The position numbers and the translations under genes were made by a program. The notes under the pieces are model-generated. The model was not told where the DNA came from, did no database searches, and saw nothing but the letters and a program-made list of their open reading frames with translations. A stretch of DNA of 64,000 nucleotides from Lysobacterales bacterium (GTDB lineage: Bacteria; Pseudomonadota; Gammaproteobacteria; Xanthomonadales; Rhodanobacteraceae): positions 9,773-73,772 of the forward strand of contig JBBSLA010000002.1 in NCBI GenBank assembly GCA_038255665.1, given 5' to 3'. This document shows positions 38,404 to 48,087 of this stretch, in pieces; positions within the stretch are counted from its first letter, which is position 1, and each line of letters opens with the position of its first letter.

Positions 38404-39339
38404 TCAGCGGGGACCGATCAGCTCGTCAAGTGCAGCCATCCGCACGAAGACGCCATTGGCGACCTGGTCCAGCACGGCCGACTGTGGCCCGTCAGCGACT
38501 TCGTCGGCAATTTCCACGCCCCGATTCATTGGCCCTGGATGCATCACGATGGCATCCGCCGACGCTCGCCGCAGGCGCGGCGCGTCGAGTCCATAGCGCC
38601 GGAAATACTCCGCGTCGTCGGCAATCAAACCGGCCTGCATGCGCTCGCGCTGCAAGCGCAGCATGATCAGCACATCGGCACCGGCAATCGCCGCGTCGAA
38701 GTCATCGGTCAACACGCAATCGGGAAATTCGCCATCGTCGGGCAACAGCGCGGTCGGTCCGCACAGTCGAATCTCGCCCGCGCCCAGTGTGCGCAGCGCG
38801 TGTACGTCGGAACGGGCGACGCGCGAATGACGGATGTCGCCGCAGATCGCGACGAGTGCGCCATCGATCTTGCCAAGCCGATCTCGAATGGTCAGCGCGT
38901 CGAGCAGCCCTTGTGTTGGATGGGCATGGTTTCCGTCGCCCGCGTTGAGTATCGAAGCCCGCCGCGTGGCGGCCGCAAGGCGCTGCGGTGTGCCGTTTTC
39001 CGTGTGTCGAACGACGAATGCATCGGCACTCATCGCCTCCAGCGTCGCCAGCGTGTCTTCCAGCGTCTCGCCTTTACCGGCGGACGACTGGGCGATATCG
39101 AAATTCAGCACGTGCGCGCCTAGCCGCCGAGCGGCCAGTTCAAAGCTTGACCGCGTGCGCGTAGAAGGCTCGAAAAAAAGGTTCACCATCGTGCGGTTCG
39201 CCAACAGCGGCGGGCTGCTCTGGTCGCTGCGAAAGCGCTCACGCAATTGAACGGCGCTGTCGAGCAGTCGTGAAAGCGTGGCGCGATCCAGGCCATCGAG
39301 AGTGATCAGGTGCTGCAAGCGCGCTGGCGTGGAATCCAT
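38404..39339 (-). CDS. pyrB: Aspartate carbamoyltransferase catalytic subunit
   Basis: FFEPSTRTR...HPTQ...MHPGPMNRG. Confidence 0.95.
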   Translation of the reverse strand: MDSTPARLQHLITLDGLDRATLSRLLDSAVQLRERFRSDQSSPPLLANRTMVNLFFEPSTRTRSSFELAARRLGAHVLNFDIAQSSAGKGETLEDTLATLEAMSADAFVVRHTENGTPQRLAAATRRASILNAGDGNHAHPTQGLLDALTIRDRLGKIDGALVAICGDIRHSRVARSDVHALRTLGAGEIRLCGPTALLPDDGEFPDCVLTDDFDAAIAGADVLIMLRLQRERMQAGLIADDAEYFRRYGLDAPRLRRASADAIVMHPGPMNRGVEIADEVADGPQSAVLDQVANGVFVRMAALDELIGPR

Positions 39340-39791
39340 TACTCGGAGCCTTCTGCGGTCGGATGCGACTGCTGATCGAACCAGCGATCCAGAATGACCG
39401 TGGCGGCGATCGCGTCAATCCCCGCTGCCTGCTTGCGCCGAACGCTTCCCTCTGCGCGACGCTTGGCGAAACGTTGCGATGCTTCGCGCGAGCTGTTGCG
39501 CTCGTCGATTCGATGGACCATCAGCCCGGATCGCCGTGCCAGTTCTTCGGCAAATTGCGTCGCCGTGCGGGTCATCGCCTGCTCGCCGCCGTCGAGCGCC
39601 AACGGCAAGCCGACCACCAGCGCGGTCGGCTGCCACTCCTTCAACAGTGCATCGATCTTCGACCAGTCCATTCCACGTTCGCCAACACTCAGCGTCGCCA
39701 GCGGACGCGCGGTACCGGCCAGCGAACTTCCTATCGCGACGCCGATCAGCTTGGTGCCGACATCGAAACCGAGAAACGTCCCCGACGCCAC
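39339..39791 (-). CDS. ruvX: Holliday-junction-resolvase-like nuclease RuvX/YqgF
   Basis: LGFDVGTKLIGVAIG...DERNSS. GTG start; 1-nt overlap with the pyrB start (TAATG). Confidence 0.9.
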   Translation of the reverse strand: MASGTFLGFDVGTKLIGVAIGSSLAGTARPLATLSVGERGMDWSKIDALLKEWQPTALVVGLPLALDGGEQAMTRTATQFAEELARRSGLMVHRIDERNSSREASQRFAKRRAEGSVRRKQAAGIDAIAATVILDRWFDQQSHPTAEGSE

Positions 39792-40373
39792 TCAGGCGCG
39801 ACCGGAGTAGCTGGCGAGGTTGACGGCACTGCCAATGCCCAGCAAGGCGGCGGCCGCATCCCAACGCTCGTCCAGCGGCGTGTCGAAAAGGATCTGCTGG
39901 TTGGCCGGCGTGGTCAGCCAGGAGTTTTCGAGCAACTCCTGTTCGATCTGCCCGGCTCCCCATCCAGCATAGCCAAGGGCAACCAATGCCTGCTGCGGGC
40001 CTTCGCCGACCGCGATCGCGGCGAGGATGTCGCGCGAAGTGGTGACGCTGATCTGTTCAGTGATCCGGAACGACGATTCCCAGCTACCGCCAGGCGTGTG
40101 CAGTACGAAACCGCGCTCCGGCTGCATCGGCCCGCCGACCAGCACGGGCGCCTCGATGACGCTGGAAAGATCGCTGCTGAGATTCATATGGCTCAGCACG
40201 TCTCCGAGCCGATATTCCGACAGCCGGTTGATTTGCAAACCCATCGCGCCGTCTTCGCCGTGTTGGCAGACGAAGGTCACGCTGCGGGCGAAATGGGTGT
40301 CGCGCAATGAAGGCATCGCGATCAGCAGTTCGCTGGACAGTCCCGATTCGTGATGCGCCGATTCAATGTGCAT
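39792..40373 (-). CDS. YqgE/AlgH family (UPF0301) protein
   Basis: LIAMPSLRDTHFARSVTFVCQHGEDGAMGLQINR. Confidence 0.85.
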   Translation of the reverse strand: MHIESAHHESGLSSELLIAMPSLRDTHFARSVTFVCQHGEDGAMGLQINRLSEYRLGDVLSHMNLSSDLSSVIEAPVLVGGPMQPERGFVLHTPGGSWESSFRITEQISVTTSRDILAAIAVGEGPQQALVALGYAGWGAGQIEQELLENSWLTTPANQQILFDTPLDERWDAAAALLGIGSAVNLASYSGRA

Positions 40374-40407
40374 GCGCCAATTCTACGGCGAGCCCGTGAA
40401 CATACGG

Positions 40408-41004
40408 TCAGTTGGCCGTTTCGCGTCGCATGTAGGGTTTGTCGCCGGTCGCGTGATCGGTCGCGTCGCGGACCCCGGTGATCTCCGGTACGCGTTCGCA
40501 CAAGGTCGACTCGATACCGTCACGCAAGGTGACATCGACCATGCCGCAGCCATGACAGCCACCGCCGAACTGCAGCACGGCGACACCATCGGCGGTCACT
40601 TCGCTCAGGCTGACGCGACCGCCGTGCGATGCCAGCCGCGGATTGACCTCGGTCTCAATCACATGGCGAACCCGCTCCACCACGCTGGCGTCGCCGCTGG
40701 GCGGGCTGCCACGCAGGCCGGGAGCGCGAATCGTCAACGTGCCGCCGGTGGCGTTGAGGCCGTAGTCGACCTCGGCGTTGTCGAGGAACGGCACGCTTTC
40801 AGCCTCGACGTAAATCGAAAAGCCGCGGCATTCCACTTCCCATTCATCGCCGACCAGATCGGACGGCTCACAGAATTCGAGCTGGCAATCGCCTTTCAGC
40901 GTGCCAGCGTGGACGGCACGCAAGCGAATGCCGAGGCCGTCGATCTCCTGCTGCTCGATCAGCTTGCGAAAGTGCTCATGGGCGGTGTCGGACAGCGTCA
41001 TCAT
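40408..41004 (-). CDS. nfuA: Fe-S cluster biogenesis protein NfuA
   Basis: An A-type N-domain plus a Nfu C-domain with GGGCHGCG. Confidence 0.9.
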   Translation of the reverse strand: MMTLSDTAHEHFRKLIEQQEIDGLGIRLRAVHAGTLKGDCQLEFCEPSDLVGDEWEVECRGFSIYVEAESVPFLDNAEVDYGLNATGGTLTIRAPGLRGSPPSGDASVVERVRHVIETEVNPRLASHGGRVSLSEVTADGVAVLQFGGGCHGCGMVDVTLRDGIESTLCERVPEITGVRDATDHATGDKPYMRRETAN

Positions 41005-41115
41005 TGAATTTCAACCAGCAAAGTCGTCGGCTTGAACATGCGGCCATTGTAGCTTTCATCAACTCACGCCAGCGCCGCGCCTATACTCGGCGGCACATCA
41101 CACAAGGAGTATCCA

Positions 41116-41448
41116 ATGACCGACGCAGCCTTGCGCAACCAGCAGTGCCAGCCCCTGAAAGGCAAGCAACATGCCCTGTCAGCAGATCAGATCGATACCT
41201 TCCTGGCCGATCTGCCCGGCTGGCAGCGCGATGGTGACGGCATTTGCAGGAAGTTCACGTTCGATGATTATCACCACACCATGGCGTTCGTGAATGCCGT
41301 TGCGTGGATCGCGCATGGCGAGGACCACCATCCCGATCTCGACGTCGGATACGACCGGTGTGGCGTCTTTTTTTCGACGCACGATGTCGGCGGACTGTCG
41401 AAGAACGACATGATCTGCGCTGCCAAGGTTGACGCCCTGCTTGGCTGA
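41116..41448 (+). CDS. phhB: Pterin-4a-carbinolamine dehydratase
   Basis: GW...F.F.DY..TMAFVNAVAWIAHGEDHHPDL. Confidence 0.85.
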   Translation: MTDAALRNQQCQPLKGKQHALSADQIDTFLADLPGWQRDGDGICRKFTFDDYHHTMAFVNAVAWIAHGEDHHPDLDVGYDRCGVFFSTHDVGGLSKNDMICAAKVDALLG

Positions 41449-42940
41449 ATCCGCCCCGCGCGGCGCAGGTTCCGTCGCGACGGCGGCTGCTTGGCTGGCG
41501 ACGCTGGCCATCATCGTCGCCGCTCTCGGCGGCCTCGCACATTGGCAGGTCACGAATGGGCTGGACGTGCTTGCGCAACAGCGCATTATTGCGGGCACAG
41601 GCGCACTGCCGATCGCACGATGGAGCCTGACCGACGCCGACGACATCATCGCCGGGCGCGTCTTCGGCGACGCGGAAACCCGCTTCGACGAAGCCGGACT
41701 GCATGTCACCAGTCGCGGTGAAGCGGTCGAGTTCGGCATTCGGCTCGACGGCGCGCTCGACTTGGCGCGCTTCGGACTGGCGTCGGTCGCTGTCGATTCG
41801 GAGGGCACCGCCCGCTTCCAATGGTCGGCGTATTTTCAGGAATCGAAGGAGCCGTGCCGATCCGATCCGCTGACGGTCGTCGATGGCCGGATCGTCAGTC
41901 GCCTCGATCAAATCGCCTGGCAATGTGAGCTTCCGCCTCGGCCCGCCGCGAGCAGCCTGCGTCTGGTCGTCGACGCGCCGCGTGGCGCAAACGTCACCTT
42001 TCACGATTTCTCGCTGACGCCGGTCGCCTCGTTGCAGCTTCCTGAACTCGATTCCATTCCCCGCATCGCAGCCAACGACGACTTGGCCAGCGCCGAAGTC
42101 CGGTTTGCCGCGCTTCCAACATCGATCCAGCCAGTCGCTATCGTGACACCCGGCTGGCGTGATGCGGCGACCGTGAAAATGCGGGAAACCTTGCGCATCG
42201 TGGTTCCGGCCGCCATCGCGATAAGCGGCGCGTCGGTCGCCGATGCTGCGCAGCCATTGCGATCACGTACATTCAATGCGACGTGGGTGCTACTTGCATT
42301 ACTACTCGTGGCTTGGCTGTGGAGGACGAAGTCGCCGGGTTGGCGCATCGTGGTCCAGGTTGGTGCAGCCCTGCTGATGCCGCTTTGGCTAAGCGTCGGC
42401 CTGCGTATGGGGACCAGATTTACGGTGCTCGACTATCTGTTTGTCGTCGCGGGAGTGAGCTACCTGATCATGCTGCTCATGCAACGCGGCCATCCGTGGA
42501 AATGGTTCGGCAGACCTGCGGCATGGCTGATTCCCGCCGCCAGCGTAGTGATGACGGCTGCACTTGCGATGCTGATCCCGCGCGAAAACGGTCCGCAAGC
42601 TCTCGATTCGATCGCGGCGTTTCGCTACCTCGCCTGGGCCGCCATCCAGCAGGTGATCGTGTTGCGCATCGTGGCCGACCGGATCTCTGGCTTGGGATGG
42701 TCAACCTGCTGGGTCGTCCTTGCTGCAGCAACGGCGTTCGCCCTGCTCCACGCGCCAAACCAGTCGCTGATGGTGCTCACCTTGGTGGGCGGCCTGCTCT
42801 GGACCTGGAATTGGCGGCGCCACCGAGCCCTGCTCCCCAACGTGTTCGCCCACGCCCTCTGCGGCCTCATCGCCAGCGCGGCCATTGATCGCAGTTGGCT
42901 ATGGTCGGCTGAGATCGGCTCGCGGTTTTTCGCCAGCTAG
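41429..42940 (+). CDS. Membrane protein: N-terminal extracytoplasmic domain plus multi-TM C-terminal domain (weakly CPBP/Abi-like)
   Basis: One N-terminal TM, about 250 aa of soluble domain, then about 7 TMs carrying FALLHAPN and FAHALCG. The start is uncertain and overlaps phhB by 20 nt. Confidence 0.5.
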   Translation: MTPCLAESAPRGAGSVATAAAWLATLAIIVAALGGLAHWQVTNGLDVLAQQRIIAGTGALPIARWSLTDADDIIAGRVFGDAETRFDEAGLHVTSRGEAVEFGIRLDGALDLARFGLASVAVDSEGTARFQWSAYFQESKEPCRSDPLTVVDGRIVSRLDQIAWQCELPPRPAASSLRLVVDAPRGANVTFHDFSLTPVASLQLPELDSIPRIAANDDLASAEVRFAALPTSIQPVAIVTPGWRDAATVKMRETLRIVVPAAIAISGASVADAAQPLRSRTFNATWVLLALLLVAWLWRTKSPGWRIVVQVGAALLMPLWLSVGLRMGTRFTVLDYLFVVAGVSYLIMLLMQRGHPWKWFGRPAAWLIPAASVVMTAALAMLIPRENGPQALDSIAAFRYLAWAAIQQVIVLRIVADRISGLGWSTCWVVLAAATAFALLHAPNQSLMVLTLVGGLLWTWNWRRHRALLPNVFAHALCGLIASAAIDRSWLWSAEIGSRFFAS

Positions 42941-43932
42941 GTGACGGAGCTGGATTCTTTCAACAGGCGCTTCACCACCTTGTCGAGATCGTCCGGCAAT
43001 GGCGCCACAAACTCGAAATGCCGGTCCGCGAGATCGAACGCGAAACGTGCGGCATGCAGGAACAGTCGCTTGAGGCCGGCGCGATCGCGAATACGCTTGT
43101 CGAATTCGCGATCACCGTATTTTTCATCGCCGGCGAGCGGATTGCCGACATGGGTGCAGTGCACACGAATCTGATGAGTGCGGCCGGTTTCGATGCTGAC
43201 ATCGATGAGGCTGGCGCCATCGAAGCGGGTCACCTCGCGCAAATGCGAGATCGACTGCTTGCCATCAGGATCGACGCGAACCATGCGCTCGCCACCTTGC
43301 ATCACCGATTTCAGCAATGGCGCATCGACGGTCAGCAGCGGCTTTGGCAAATAATCCCGGACCAAAGCGACGTAGCTCTTGCTGGCACGACCCTCGCGGA
43401 TTTCGGTTTGCAGTGAGGTCAGAGCCGATCGCCGCCGTGAAAACACCAGTACGCCGCTGGTATCTCGATCCAGCCGATGAACGAGTTCCAGCGTGTCGCG
43501 CGGTCGCGCCGCGCGAAGCAGCTCGATCGCTCCGAAACTGATCCCGCTGCCGCCATGGCTGGCAACGCCGGATGGTTTGGACAGCACCAGGAAATCCCGA
43601 TCCTCATGGATGATCGCCTGCTCGATGCGGTCGAGTTGGCGATCGGCCGGGGTGCCATGATCAGCCGGTTCGGCAACCCGCACCGGCGGTATGCGTACTT
43701 CGTCGTCGGCGGCAACCCGGTGATCCGGCTTGGCGCGCTTGCCATTGATCCGGACCTGGCCAGTGCGAAGGATGCGGTAGATGAGACTACGCGGCACGCC
43801 CTTGAGGCGCGTGCTGAGGAAGTTGTCGATGCGCTGGCCGTCCCGGTCCTCCGGGACACGGACAATCTGAACGGAAACCGCGCCGTTTGCCGGGGTCGAG
43901 GCCTCGATACGGCCCGAACTACGCGTCATCAT
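42937..43932 (-). CDS. rluC: 23S rRNA pseudouridine synthase RluC
   Basis: S4 domain (RIDNFLSTRLKGVPRSLIYRILRTGQVRING), the HRLDRDTSG catalytic motif, and a divergent position relative to rne as in E. coli. Confidence 0.85.
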   Translation of the reverse strand: MMTRSSGRIEASTPANGAVSVQIVRVPEDRDGQRIDNFLSTRLKGVPRSLIYRILRTGQVRINGKRAKPDHRVAADDEVRIPPVRVAEPADHGTPADRQLDRIEQAIIHEDRDFLVLSKPSGVASHGGSGISFGAIELLRAARPRDTLELVHRLDRDTSGVLVFSRRRSALTSLQTEIREGRASKSYVALVRDYLPKPLLTVDAPLLKSVMQGGERMVRVDPDGKQSISHLREVTRFDGASLIDVSIETGRTHQIRVHCTHVGNPLAGDEKYGDREFDKRIRDRAGLKRLFLHAARFAFDLADRHFEFVAPLPDDLDKVVKRLLKESSSVT

Positions 43933-44292
43933 TGAAGAAATCCGGATTCGACTGCTACACTCGGGAGGCGCGTCGCGCTGATTTCCGGTCCTGTTCCATG
44001 GGTGCCGGAAATGTTCATTCAGGCGCACCCGCGCCGTCACGCCCTTCTCTGCCTGCGTTCGATGCTCGATTGGGCCAACGCAGGATCACAAGCATCGTAA
44101 CGGTTCGAGTTGGAAATTGCCCGCCGTCGCCACGACGACAGGGGTTTCCGGACGAGCAAAGCAACCTTTTTTTGTCGGTGCCGCAAGCATCGTCGGTTTC
44201 AATCATTCGGTCGGCGCTCCTGCCCTCCGCCGCGATACGAAAACCTCGTAGCGCGCGGAGGTGGTCGAGCGCAGGCCACAAGGAAAACCAGC
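43933..44292 (+). promoter_or_regulatory. 360-nt rne leader/promoter region
   Basis: Candidate promoter TTGAAG (43932-37), 18 nt, TACACT (43956-61). The long structured untranslated spacer has the same size class as the autoregulatory E. coli rne 5' UTR. Confidence 0.35.
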
Positions 44293-47283
44293 ATGAAGCG
44301 TATGTTGATCAACGCGACTCAGCGTGAAGAGTTGCGTGTGGCCATTGTCGATGGCCAGAATCTCTACGATCTCGATATCGAGATCCCCTCCCGCGAACAA
44401 AAGAAAGCGAACATCTACAAGGGTCGCATTACCCGCGTTGAACCGTCGCTGGAAGCGTGTTTCATTGAGTACGGCGGCGAACGCCACGGTTTCCTGCCGC
44501 TAAAGGAAATCTCCAAAATGTATTTCAAGGATGGCGTCGACCACAACAAGGCGACCATCCGCGAACTGCTCAAGGAAGGCCAGGAAGTCATCGTCCAGGT
44601 CGAAAAGGAAGAACGCGGCAACAAGGGCGCCGCCCTGACCACGTTCATCAGCCTGGCCGGCCGTTACATGGTGCTGATGCCGAACAACCCGAAGGCGGGT
44701 GGCGTCTCCCGTCGGATCGAGGGTGAGGATCGCCAGGCGATCAAGGAAGCACTGGACCACCTTGAAGTACCCGACGACATGGGTCTGATCGTGCGCACCG
44801 CCGGACTAGGCCGCGACGCCGAAGAATTGCAGTGGGATCTGGACTACCTGTTGCAGCTGTGGAAGTCGATTGCCGAGGCAGCGACGACGCGTCCGTCGCC
44901 ATTTCTGATCTACCAGGAATCGCGCCTGATCATCCGTGCCCTGCGCGATTACCTGCGTGGCGACATCGGCGAAATCCTGATCGACCATGAAGAGTTGTAC
45001 CAGGAAGCGCACGATTTCATGCAGCAGGTGATGCCGAACAACCTGCGCAAGCTGAAGTTGTATACCGACACCACGCCGCTGTTCTCGCGCTACCAGATCG
45101 AAACCCAGATCGAGAACGCCTTCGAGCGTCAAGTGCGCCTGCCGGCGGGTGGTTCGATCGTCATCGACCAGACCGAAGCCTTGACGGCGATCGACATCAA
45201 CTCCTCGCGCGCCACCAAGGGCAGCGATATCGAGGACACCGCGTTCCATACCAACTGCGAAGCGGCGGTCGAGATCGCGCGCCAGTTGCGCATCCGCGAT
45301 GCCGGCGGCCTGATTGTGATCGACTTCATCGACATGGACAGCCCGCGCCACCAGCGCGAAGTGGAAGACAAGTTGAAGGACGCGCTCAAGCATGACCGCG
45401 CCCGTGTCCAGATCGGCCGCATTTCGCGCTTTGGCCTGCTGGAAATGTCGCGCCAGCGCCTGCGTCCGAGCCTGGGCGAAGCCAGCCAGATCGTCTGCCC
45501 CCGTTGCGATGGTCACGGCAGCATCCGCAGCGTCGAATCACTGTCGCTGTCGGCACTGCGCCTGGCCGAAGAACACGCCATGAAGGACAGCACCGGACAG
45601 GTGTTGCTGCAGGCGCCACCGGACGTGGCCAACTTCCTGCTCAACGAAAAGCGTCCGCAACTCAGCGAGATCGAGGCACGCCACAACGTCGCCATCATCG
45701 TCGTCGCCGACGTGAACCTGGAAACGCCTCACCTGGAAATCCAGCGTCTGCGCGGGTCGGACCTGGGCGACACGCCCAAGCCCAGCTACCAGCGCCTGAC
45801 GCCAGTGGCGGCCACGGCGCTGCCGCAGATGGCCACGCCTAGTGTTGAGGCGGAGCAGCCGGCGGTCAGCCGCGTTGCGCCGATGCAACCTGCGCCACAG
45901 CGGCCGGAAATGGCGGAGCCGGTGCTCGCCGTTGCCGAACTCAAGGAGCCCGCAGGGAAGGGCTTCTTCGCCGCCATCGCGGCGTGGTTTGCCGGCTCGT
46001 CAGAACCGGCGACGCCGTCGAAGGTCAAGCCAGCCGCGCGTGGCGATTCCGGGCGCTCGGGCAGCGATCGCAACGAGCGTGGGCAACGCCCGCGCCGCGA
46101 TCCCGAACGGCGTCCCGGCTCGACCGGCCAGGGCACCCGCCAACCAAAACCTGATCGAGCCGAACGCAGCGAACGCGGCGAGCGCGACAAGGACGGCGCA
46201 GGTGCACGTGGTGGTCGCCAGAACGACAGCCCGCGCACTTCAAAACGCCGCGGCGAGCGCAACGCTTCCGGGACCTCCAGCAACAGTACCGAACGCGCAT
46301 CGGGTTCCGGCCGAAATGCCGCGAAGGCCGACTCGGCAGCCAGTGAAGACAATGTTGCAGTCGCAGCCGTCGCCATTGCCGATGTTGCAGCCGATGAAAC
46401 AAGGCTCAACGCCGCGGCGACGCCAAGTGGCGCACCAACGCCTGAAAACGTGGCCGTGGACGAGAACAAGGAAACCGGCAAGACGCGCCGTCGCGGCCGT
46501 CGTGGCGGACGTCGGCGCCGCAAGGACAGCCAGGAGGCAGTGGAAGACGGCGGAGATGCCAACGACGAGTCAGTGAAAGCCACGTTCGACGACGAGGACG
46601 GCGAAGTCAGCGATCGCTCGAAGCGGAGTCGCGGTGCGAGAACGGCAAGCGCCTCCGCTGCGGTCGCAGCAACGGCAACGGCCAACAGGAATGAGACGGA
46701 AAGTGCTGGCTCGACGCCGGCGACCGATGCCGTTGAACCGACGCAAACGCCGAAAATCCTCGATGCCGTGAAAGCCGTCGGTACGGGACCAGCGTCTTCG
46801 TCCCAAGCGCCAGCGATGGAAGCCGGTGGCGTCGTCGCCCACAAATCGTCAGCGGACGCCGCGCTTGCTGCGAAGGCCGTCGATGCATCGATTTCCCCGC
46901 ATGCGCCGACCGAGCGCCCGAACCACGAGGCACGCGATTCAACCAGCGAACCTGCAGTCGATGCAGCCAGTGCGATTCCCGTGCCCGATGCTGACAACAC
47001 CAACGATGATCAAGTGAAGGCGGTCCAGGCGACAGTCGATCCGTCGGTGGATCAGATCAAGACGGCCCCCGATGCGGAAACCGCCTCGTCGACCGATGCC
47101 GATCCAGTGCCAGCACGTGAACCGGCAGCCGCACTGAACACTATCGCCGGCAGCCAGCAGGGCTTGCCGTTGTCACCGCCCGAACGGGACGACACGGCGC
47201 GCGAGAACACCAACCCGGTGGAAGTCCGCGAGGAAGCGCCCGCTGCGGATTCGGAACGGGCGGCACCGCCAGCGACACCGTGA
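44293..47283 (+). CDS. rne: Ribonuclease E
   Basis: [30 protein letters not shown]... forms the catalytic N-terminal half. The C-terminal half is Arg/Pro/Ala-rich and low-complexity. Confidence 0.95.
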   Translation: MKRMLINATQREELRVAIVDGQNLYDLDIEIPSREQKKANIYKGRITRVEPSLEACFIEYGGERHGFLPLKEISKMYFKDGVDHNKATIRELLKEGQEVIVQVEKEERGNKGAALTTFISLAGRYMVLMPNNPKAGGVSRRIEGEDRQAIKEALDHLEVPDDMGLIVRTAGLGRDAEELQWDLDYLLQLWKSIAEAATTRPSPFLIYQESRLIIRALRDYLRGDIGEILIDHEELYQEAHDFMQQVMPNNLRKLKLYTDTTPLFSRYQIETQIENAFERQVRLPAGGSIVIDQTEALTAIDINSSRATKGSDIEDTAFHTNCEAAVEIARQLRIRDAGGLIVIDFIDMDSPRHQREVEDKLKDALKHDRARVQIGRISRFGLLEMSRQRLRPSLGEASQIVCPRCDGHGSIRSVESLSLSALRLAEEHAMKDSTGQVLLQAPPDVANFLLNEKRPQLSEIEARHNVAIIVVADVNLETPHLEIQRLRGSDLGDTPKPSYQRLTPVAATALPQMATPSVEAEQPAVSRVAPMQPAPQRPEMAEPVLAVAELKEPAGKGFFAAIAAWFAGSSEPATPSKVKPAARGDSGRSGSDRNERGQRPRRDPERRPGSTGQGTRQPKPDRAERSERGERDKDGAGARGGRQNDSPRTSKRRGERNASGTSSNSTERASGSGRNAAKADSAASEDNVAVAAVAIADVAADETRLNAAATPSGAPTPENVAVDENKETGKTRRRGRRGGRRRRKDSQEAVEDGGDANDESVKATFDDEDGEVSDRSKRSRGARTASASAAVAATATANRNETESAGSTPATDAVEPTQTPKILDAVKAVGTGPASSSQAPAMEAGGVVAHKSSADAALAAKAVDASISPHAPTERPNHEARDSTSEPAVDAASAIPVPDADNTNDDQVKAVQATVDPSVDQIKTAPDAETASSTDADPVPAREPAAALNTIAGSQQGLPLSPPERDDTARENTNPVEVREEAPAADSERAAPPATP

Positions 47284-47288
47284 TACAA

Positions 47289-47319
47289 GCCGGGGCGATC
47301 GCACGGCGGTCGCCCCGGC
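47289..47319. terminator. Bidirectional terminator between rne and gacA
   Basis: 10-bp stem gccggggcga / tcgccccggc followed by ATTT. Confidence 0.6.
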
Positions 47320-47322
47320 ATT

Positions 47323-47973
47323 TCAATCGGCGAAGGCTTGTCCTTCAAGCAAGCCGTTGATGCCGGCGAGGTGCGCCAGCGCGACCGTATTGTCGATGTC
47401 GAGTTTCTCGAACAATCGATACTTGTAGGTCGCAACAGTTTTTGGACTGAGTTTGAGCGTCTGCGCGATCGACTGCATGTCGCGTCCGTTCGACAGCATC
47501 ATCGCCACTTCCAGTTCGCGCGTTGTCAGTGCCTCGAATGGCGACCCCGTGTTGCCGTCGAGTGCGTCCAGCGCCAGTCGCTCGGCGACCTTTGCCGCCA
47601 GGTAGCGACGACCGTCGGCAACCGTGCGGATCGCCTTGACAAGTTCGTCCGATGAGCACCCCTTGGTGACGTAGCCGCTGGCACCGGCGGCAAGCAAGCG
47701 ACGCGGGAACGGCGACTCGGACACCATCGAGACGATGACGATGCGGGTGCGCAGATTGAGTTTTCGCGCCCGGTCGGTGACTTCGATGCCACTCAGGCCC
47801 GGCATCTGCACGTCCACCAGGGCGACATCGGGCTCGGTGCGTTTCAACAACAGCAAGCCGGCCTGGCCGTCTTCGGCCTCGCCGACAATCTCGAAATCCG
47901 GTTGCGCCGAAAGGATCATTCGGTAACCGGTGCGGACCAGTTCGTGGTCGTCGATCAGTGCTATGCGGATCAT
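47323..47973 (-). CDS. gacA: NarL/FixJ-type response regulator, GacA/UvrY-like
   Basis: IRIALIDDHELVR...DVQMPGLSGIE...LTTRELEVAMMLSNGRDMQSIAQTLKLSPKTVATYKYRLFEKL. Confidence 0.8.
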   Translation of the reverse strand: MIRIALIDDHELVRTGYRMILSAQPDFEIVGEAEDGQAGLLLLKRTEPDVALVDVQMPGLSGIEVTDRARKLNLRTRIVIVSMVSESPFPRRLLAAGASGYVTKGCSSDELVKAIRTVADGRRYLAAKVAERLALDALDGNTGSPFEALTTRELEVAMMLSNGRDMQSIAQTLKLSPKTVATYKYRLFEKLDIDNTVALAHLAGINGLLEGQAFAD

Positions 47974-48087
47974 ACTCTGTCCCTCCTGGACGACCGCCTC
48001 GTTGGCGGCGCAGCGAGTGTGAAACGATGCTGCGGCGTCCGCAAGTGGCTGGCTGCCATGGCCCCGCTTATTCGCCCACGCGTGGGT

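Noticed and set aside
45786-47003. 405-aa minus-strand ORF opposite the rne 3' half.
   Set aside because: It is antisense to the low-complexity C-terminal half of RNase E. Its Ser/Ala/Arg-rich translation mirrors that repeat composition, so it is not an independent gene.
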